DNA of 12,109 nucleotides from a virus (Duplodnaviria; Heunggongvirae; Uroviricota; Caudoviricetes): IMG/VR virus record IMGVR_UViG_3300019790_000026, positions 1-12,109 of that record. One strand, written 5' to 3'. The notes beneath the pieces were generated by a model. The model made no database searches. It was given only the letters and a program-made list of their open reading frames with translations, and was not told the origin of the DNA. Shown piece by piece: positions 7,149 through 12,109 of this stretch. Each line of letters opens with the position of its first letter. Within the stretch, counting starts at the first letter, position 1. The translations under genes were made by a program, and so were the position numbers.

Positions 7149-8594
7149 TTAATACAGGTTCCGCCACTTATCATCTTCCTTCAGACGCTGGTTCCGATAG
7201 AAGATACGCAGGCCTGCTCCTGACGGAATACTGCCGCCGCGAAGGAGCAAATCGACTTCTTTCTCGCTGCCATCAAATCCCCTGGACTTCAGTTCATAGA
7301 CGAGCTGCTGTCGCTGATGGTCTGTAATTCGCTGTTTGTAGTCTTTACGCCGTTTCGGTTTCACCTGGCGTAACCTTGCAGCCAGTTCCCGGCGCTCTTT
7401 TTTGCTCATACTGTGCAGGTAATTGTGCAACTCCTTGTCATTCATACGGGTAATATCCGTTCTGGAGTCCCCATCAGCTGATTTGTCTTTCCCTTGTTGG
7501 TTCAAATTTTCAGCAAGGGGACAGTTATTGCCACGAGTCCAAGGGGCGCAAGCGCCCTGGTCGGCTGCCGCCTCCTGAACGTCAACGGCCTTACGAACCA
7601 TTTTCCACTTCACCGCATGAGTGCAGATCTTGCCCTCTGCAATGGGTGACCAGATGCCATAAATACGAATACCGTGATCGCCATATGCGGTCGGTTCTTC
7701 GTTGATTTCATAAGCAGTTCTGATGAGGTGATATTTGCGGGGAACCAGTACGCCGCCCTGCTTCATGATGTAGGTGGCAAAACAACCAGCATCAGCAGCA
7801 GCCAGGATTGCATCAAGACGCGGGTTATCCAGTACCGGCGCACCTGCTTTTTTGTCACCCTGTTGCCTTGCCGCCTGACCAGCCAGCAATCGCAGTTCAC
7901 GGTAAGCCTGACGCCCCGGAATGCCAAAGAAGCGGAATTGCTGAACACGATGCAGAGACGCCCAGGCATTAACGTATTCAGCGTTATCACGCAGGGATTT
8001 ACCCGTTTCCTTGCTGATCTCCCCAGCCAGACCACGCCCGTCAATGTTCTTACTGATGTATTTCGCGATATAGCTTGTTGGCGTACCTTTGCGCGGGTTT
8101 ATCAGCTCAGACTTAAAGCGTGGTCCCGTGTTATTGCCCAGCTCCTCGCGGTCTTCACGGATGGCAAACTTACGCAGTAATGCAGTGATGGCGCGGCGGT
8201 CTTTTTTACGCATGAAACACATGAGATGCCAGTGCACAGTACCGTCATGATGCGGCTCAGCTACCGCACCTGCAGCAACACGCCCGATCTCTGCGGTTGC
8301 ACTCATGACGTAATGTGGCAGTTTCTCTTTTGCCACCTCATTAATCGGTACGCATGGCAGGCAGTGAATCTGAGCCAGAAAACCATCTACCAGCGTTGAA
8401 TCTTCAGTCAGATCGGTAAGCAGCCAGATTTCTGGTGCGGTTAATAAATGAGGTTGCGCTGGGTTCAACTTGTTCCGCAGAATCTGCACATTCATGCCAG
8501 CACGTTCTGCCAGTTGCACCAGGTTGTGGCGCAATGCGAATGCACGACAGGCTTCATCAAAATGTGGATGTTTGGAAACTTGGTAATCAAACAT
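7149..8594 (-). CDS. In-frame fusion ORF: 186 CII-like N-terminus (~115 aa) joined to the C-terminal catalytic part of a gpA-type rolling-circle replication initiator
   Basis: N-terminus [24 protein letters not shown]...[26 protein letters not shown] matches my recollection of phage 186 CII. The downstream part carries the HUH-like HWHLM motif and the paired-tyrosine motif [12 protein letters not shown] typical of P2 gpA / phiX174 A proteins. ATG at 8594 with RBS AGAGG. Confidence 0.65.
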   Translation of the reverse strand: MFDYQVSKHPHFDEACRAFALRHNLVQLAERAGMNVQILRNKLNPAQPHLLTAPEIWLLTDLTEDSTLVDGFLAQIHCLPCVPINEVAKEKLPHYVMSATAEIGRVAAGAVAEPHHDGTVHWHLMCFMRKKDRRAITALLRKFAIREDREELGNNTGPRFKSELINPRKGTPTSYIAKYISKNIDGRGLAGEISKETGKSLRDNAEYVNAWASLHRVQQFRFFGIPGRQAYRELRLLAGQAARQQGDKKAGAPVLDNPRLDAILAAADAGCFATYIMKQGGVLVPRKYHLIRTAYEINEEPTAYGDHGIRIYGIWSPIAEGKICTHAVKWKMVRKAVDVQEAAADQGACAPWTRGNNCPLAENLNQQGKDKSADGDSRTDITRMNDKELHNYLHSMSKKERRELAARLRQVKPKRRKDYKQRITDHQRQQLVYELKSRGFDGSEKEVDLLLRGGSIPSGAGLRIFYRNQRLKEDDKWRNLY

Positions 8595-8626
8595 GGTCAA
8601 TGCCTCTGATGTATTTCAGAATCGAA

Positions 8627-8848
8627 CTAATTAAGGTTTAGATTGCATTCTGAAAGCGCATCAACGGTCATTGCTGCTATGTTGATCATCACTTTTTCGC
8701 GTTTTTTATCTTTGCGCAGTCGGTGACGGATAAGGCGTCCATCAGCCAACATGTCATTGATGGTATCGATGGATAGCCCTGTCAGCTCGCTATAGCGTTC
8801 AATAGTCACATGAGGGGTGGTAAGAGTGATTGAAATGTTAGGTCTCAT
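8627..8848 (-). CDS. Apl/Cox-like small HTH protein (first early-lytic gene: excisionase / transcription regulator)
   Basis: 73-aa ORF divergent from the CI gene and immediately upstream of the CII-like ORF, as apl is in phage 186. HTH-like segment [21 protein letters not shown]. Confidence 0.5.
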   Translation of the reverse strand: MRPNISITLTTPHVTIERYSELTGLSIDTINDMLADGRLIRHRLRKDKKREKVMINIAAMTVDALSECNLNLN

Positions 8849-8967
8849 GATGCAACATTCCTCGTTTAATGATGATTAATCAGGACGAATACGGATCGTT
8901 TGTATTTTGTGAACACCATAAACATACGATCGCACAGTGAAATCGTCAAGATAAAAGTTCACTTGGA
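8849..8967. promoter_or_regulatory. Immunity switch region between apl-like and cI-like genes (lytic/lysogenic promoters and candidate operators)
   Basis: 119-bp divergent intergenic region containing related motifs ATACGGATCGTTTGTAT and ATACGATCGCAC. Its position matches the pR/pL switch of 186-type phages. Confidence 0.4.
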
Positions 8968-9543
8968 GTGACCATGAATTTGGAGAAAGGCGGACGAGGC
9001 GCTATAGAGCGCATGGTAGAAGCTTATGGATTCAAGACTCGACAGGCGTTGTGCGATCATTTAGGAATCTCTAAAAGTACACTCGCCACACGCTACATGC
9101 GTGACTCATTCCCAGCAGAATGGGTAATCCAGTGCGCCCTTGAAACAGGCACCTCGCTTAATTGGCTCACAACCGGGCATGGTTCAAAGCAAACTTCAGG
9201 TAATACAAATACTATGGAAGTTGCTAAATATGTATTATCTGATGGGGCCTTGTGTGAAGACGGTTTTTATATTTTCGATAGAGAATTTCTACCGTCGGCA
9301 TTCAAGAATCTTTTTGTAATCACAGATAATAATTCTGAATTTATTTGTGATAAGGAATTTGATGATATACGTGATGGTAAATGGGTAATAAGTATTGATG
9401 GCGAAATAACGATCCGTGACATTACTCGTTTACCCGGTGGAAGAATCTTCGTCGAGGGTGGAAATAGAGCCTTCGAGTGCAAGATAGAAGATGTTGAAAT
9501 AATTGGGAAAATTATAAGTTTAACAATTAAGTACGTTAGGTAA
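8968..9543 (+). CDS. cI: CI-type immunity repressor (phage 186 CI-like)
   Basis: 191 aa (186 CI is 192 aa). N-terminal HTH (TRQALCDHLGISKSTLATRYMRD) with a C-terminal oligomerisation-like domain. RBS GGAGTGA. Divergent from the apl-like gene and upstream of int. Confidence 0.8.
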   Translation: MTMNLEKGGRGAIERMVEAYGFKTRQALCDHLGISKSTLATRYMRDSFPAEWVIQCALETGTSLNWLTTGHGSKQTSGNTNTMEVAKYVLSDGALCEDGFYIFDREFLPSAFKNLFVITDNNSEFICDKEFDDIRDGKWVISIDGEITIRDITRLPGGRIFVEGGNRAFECKIEDVEIIGKIISLTIKYVR

Positions 9544-9558
9544 TACCGGGAGGAAACT

Positions 9559-9750
9559 ATGCTTGGTAAGGTATTTTTTGTGGTTTTATCATGCTCTTTG
9601 TTATTAAACCCACTAACTACCTATGCTAAAAATTATCCTTGTTCTGGGAAAAAGGGAGGTGTCTCTCACTGTACCTCCGATGGAAAGTTCGTTTGCAATG
9701 ATGGAACTATTAGTAAATCAAAAAAAATCTGTACTAAAAACTCGCGATAA
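9559..9750 (+). CDS. Small secreted Cys-rich protein (63 aa) inserted between cI and int
   Basis: RBS GGAGGAAACT-ATG. Predicted signal peptide [23 protein letters not shown], then a Lys-rich mature peptide of about 40 aa with 5 Cys. Confidence 0.55.
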   Translation: MLGKVFFVVLSCSLLLNPLTTYAKNYPCSGKKGGVSHCTSDGKFVCNDGTISKSKKICTKNSR

Positions 9751-9936
9751 ATTTTGCTTTTATATCTGCGCCTAATATAACAATGAGCCGCAGGCTAACC
9801 GCAAAAGTCACATACTCACATAGCAAAAAATAGCTAACTTCATTATGGCTTCAGTGAGATGTATGGTCGCAGGATTTCATACATTGACACTGGTTATACA
9901 TACAGTAAAAATGCTCTCTACTGGAGGGCATTTTTT

Positions 9937-10953
9937 ATGGCAGTACGAAAACTCACCACAGGAAAATGGCTTTGCGAATGTTACCCCGCCGGACGTAGTG
10001 GACGTCGTGTGCGTAAACAATTCGCCACCAAAGGCGAAGCTCTGGCTTTTGAGCGTCACACGATGGAAGAAACCGAAGCAAAGCCCTGGCTGGGCGAATC
10101 AGTGGATCGTCGGACATTGAAAGACGTGATTGAGCTATGGTTCAAACTACATGGTAAATCTCTGACAGCTGGGCAGCATGTCTATGACAAACTGCTGTTG
10201 ATGGTTGACGCTCTGGGCAATCCCCTTGCAACTGATCTAACCTCTAAAATGTTTGCCCACTATCGAGATAAACGCCTGACAGGTGAGATCTACTTCAGCG
10301 AGAAATGGAAGAAAGGAGCAAGCCCGGTCACCATTAACCTGGAGCAAAGCTATCTAAGTAGTGTTTTTAGCGAACTATCCCGCCTGGGCGAATGGTCGTA
10401 TCCGAACCCACTGGAGAACATGCGAAAATTCACCATCGCAGAAAAAGAGATGGCATGGCTTACCCATGAGCAGATTGTTGAACTGCTGGCTGATTGCAAA
10501 CGTCAGGACCCAATTCTGGCACTGGTAGTCAAGATATGCCTAAGCACAGGCGCACGCTGGCGAGAAGCAATAAATCTTACCCGCTCGCAAGTGACCAAAT
10601 ACCGAATTACCTTTGTAAGAACGAAGGGGAAGAAAAACAGAAGCATCCCTATCAGTAAAGAGCTTTACGAAGAGATCATGGCGCTTGATGGGTTCAATTT
10701 CTTTACAGACTGCTATTTTCAATTTTTATCCGTGATGGAAAAAACGTCTATCGTGCTCCCTCGCGGTCAACTGACACACGTTCTGCGCCATACGTTTGCG
10801 GCGCACTTCATGATGTCGGGTGGAAATATCCTTGCTTTGCAAAAAATCCTCGGACATCACGATATAAAAATGACTATGCGCTATGCCCATTTAGCACCCG
10901 ATCATCTTGAGACGGCTCTGAGATTCAACCCCCTCGCAACGCTAGAAGTGTGA
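9937..10953 (+). CDS. int: Tyrosine integrase (P2/186 Int family)
   Basis: 338 aa. Catalytic residues in context: ...STGARWREA..., ...HVLRHTFA..., ...MRYAHL.... RBS GGAGGG. ATG at 9937 is preferred over the tracked start at 9859. Confidence 0.9.
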   Translation: MAVRKLTTGKWLCECYPAGRSGRRVRKQFATKGEALAFERHTMEETEAKPWLGESVDRRTLKDVIELWFKLHGKSLTAGQHVYDKLLLMVDALGNPLATDLTSKMFAHYRDKRLTGEIYFSEKWKKGASPVTINLEQSYLSSVFSELSRLGEWSYPNPLENMRKFTIAEKEMAWLTHEQIVELLADCKRQDPILALVVKICLSTGARWREAINLTRSQVTKYRITFVRTKGKKNRSIPISKELYEEIMALDGFNFFTDCYFQFLSVMEKTSIVLPRGQLTHVLRHTFAAHFMMSGGNILALQKILGHHDIKMTMRYAHLAPDHLETALRFNPLATLEV

Positions 10954-11061
10954 TCTACTGGTGCAAAAATAACATCATCCCCCACTAGCTGAGTTAATTG
11001 CGTCAGAGTAAACTTTTATCAGTATATAAGTTCACTTTTATTCAATATATTAAGAGATTAC

Positions 11062-11394
11062 ATGGCTATCATTACCGTAAAAAAACATACTGTCAAAAAA
11101 GCATTATCGATGGGATTTGAAAAAGTACTTGACGATCGTGGTTATGATTCTGGGGCGTACTACGTTAAAGATGGCAAAAAGTGGATTTTTGATATTGTTG
11201 CGCTTAAGCAAAAACAAGGAGCAACCTCAGATGATGAGTTAAAAATCCTTGGGTATGATGTTGATACATATAATCTTGTAAAAAATGAATCTAATGAACT
11301 GGCTGAACTTTATCAAGATATTGCAGTTGAAGATGGTGAGCCAATGTATCTAGAGGGTGGCGTGTACTTATATCCTGATGGTTCTATCCGTTAG
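11062..11394 (+). CDS. Hypothetical protein (110 aa), AT-rich, just downstream of int
   Basis: ORF with AT-rich promoter-like upstream region. No family recognised. Composition contrasts with the GC-rich sequence that follows it. Confidence 0.5.
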   Translation: MAIITVKKHTVKKALSMGFEKVLDDRGYDSGAYYVKDGKKWIFDIVALKQKQGATSDDELKILGYDVDTYNLVKNESNELAELYQDIAVEDGEPMYLEGGVYLYPDGSIR

Positions 11395-11528
11395 CATGCA
11401 AATTGGCAGCACAACCGGGTTGTTCCAAATGGCGACAAAGTGGCGGCAGCGGTTGGCATTACCCCGTAATAACCACCACTGACCACCAACCCAACTTATT
11501 GTTTTTACTATAACTTATTGTTTTCATT

Positions 11529-11594
11529 AACCCGTTTACATAAATGGGTTTTTTGTTATCTAAAACTTATCTACTACCCTGCAACCCTCTCAAC
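11529..11594. repeat. Inverted repeat copy A (66 bp, perfect reverse complement of 12044-12109)
   Basis: Direct comparison: 11529-11594 equals the reverse complement of 12044-12109 at every position. Confidence 0.95.
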
Positions 11595-12074
11595 CATCCT
11601 CAAAATCTCCTCGCGCGATAGCGGCTTACGGTCGGTGACAAAATGCAGCGTCATCCCCTCAATAAACGCATCAAGCGCGCGGGCGGTTCCGGGTTCAAAC
11701 CATTGTTCGAGCGTTTGCTGACTGCGCTGCATCCAGTTTTGCATTACCGTTTTTAATAGCGGTTTTCGGCTAGCCAGCGCGTAGAGCTGGTACATCAGCT
11801 CCATGTTATCCGGCGTTGCAACCTGTGAGCTGTAGATCATATCGGTGATAGCCTGGCATGCGCCCGGAGCATCACTAACATCGCTAAAAAATGCCTGATA
11901 TTGCCGGGACATGATCTCAGTAAAACTGCTGAACGCCTCCAGTAACAACTCATCAATTCCTGAAAAATAGTAGGTCATCGATCCCAACGGTACCCCGGCA
12001 AGGGTAGCAATTTTGCGGTGCGTAACAGCATGTATTCCGTAAAGTTGAGAGGGTTGCAGGGTAGTAGATAAGTT
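11574..12074 (-). pseudogene. TetR-family transcriptional regulator, apparently 5-prime truncated by the inverted repeat
   Basis: The minus-strand frame is open from 12074 to the TAG at 11576..11574. It encodes a TetR-type HTH ([27 protein letters not shown]) and a ligand-binding-like C-terminal domain. There is no ATG upstream of the HTH (only a TTG at 11987, inside the HTH). The first codons and the last codons plus stop lie inside the two inverted-repeat copies. Confidence 0.65.
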
Positions 12075-12109
12075 TTAGATAACAAAAAACCCATTTATGT
12101 AAACGGGTT
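12044..12109. repeat. Inverted repeat copy B (66 bp, cut by the window edge, so it may be longer)
   Basis: Perfect reverse complement of 11529-11594. The window ends inside or at the end of the repeat. Confidence 0.95.

Larger units (their letters stand above)
1..10953. mobile_element. Rearranged P2/186-family prophage segment (lysis remnant, terminase, portal, accessory island, SOS operon, replication remnant, immunity region, integrase)
   Basis: Gene content and order match the P2/186 prophage map once the window is flipped (A ... cos ... Q, P on the opposite strand; apl divergent from cI, followed by int). Several genes are truncated or fused. Exact ends are not visible in the window. Confidence 0.8.

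Noticed and set aside
7674-8180. Plus-strand 168-aa ORF and minus-strand 93-aa ORF inside the CII/gpA fusion gene
   Set aside because: They are shadow ORFs. The catalytic HUH and YxxxY motifs are in the 7149-8594 minus-strand frame.
9845-10120. Alternative-frame 91-aa ORF and the 9859 start for the integrase
   Set aside because: Integrase-like sequence begins at MAVRKLTTGKW (ATG 9937, with RBS). The upstream 26 codons look like leader.
11987-11989. TTG at 11987 as the TetR start (137-aa ORF as tracked)
   Set aside because: The TetR HTH clearly extends upstream of this codon, so the tracked ORF is an internal fragment. The gene is better described as 5-prime truncated.
1-12109. tRNA genes (as integration target) and CRISPR arrays
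   Set aside because: By eye there is no cloverleaf-compatible segment with a GGTTCGAATCC-type T-loop, and no array of regularly spaced direct repeats. The retron a1/a2 and the terminal inverted repeat are explained otherwise. A tRNAscan run would be needed to be definitive.

Overview
This window looks like a rearranged, probably defective P2/186-family prophage segment of an enterobacterium, with an accessory island carrying retron Ec86 (Retron-Eco1). All calls rest on reading the ORF translations and sequence against remembered family motifs; no searches were run. Left to right: a partial Rz-like spanin gene and a truncated lysozyme fragment (-); a terminase ATPase (gpP-like) ORF whose first ~97 codons look like the capsid scaffold gpO N-terminus (+); the portal gene (+); an AT-rich island on the minus strand with the retron effector, msr-msd ncRNA and reverse transcriptase; a cos-like remnant; an acidic 111-aa ORF (+); an SOS-boxed two-gene operon ending in a DinI-like protein (-); an in-frame fusion of a 186 CII-like N-terminus to the C-terminal catalytic part of a gpA-type replication initiator (-); a 186-type immunity region with an Apl/Cox-like gene (-) and a CI-like repressor (+); a small secreted Cys-rich ORF; a tyrosine integrase; an AT-rich 110-aa ORF; and a 5-prime-truncated TetR-family gene bracketed by a perfect 66-bp inverted repeat that runs into the window edge. 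The retron is the clear defence system but is already described; the uncharacterised neighbours (acidic ORF, SOS operon, secreted peptide, post-integrase ORF), the two fusion ORFs and the terminal palindrome are the items most worth follow-up.
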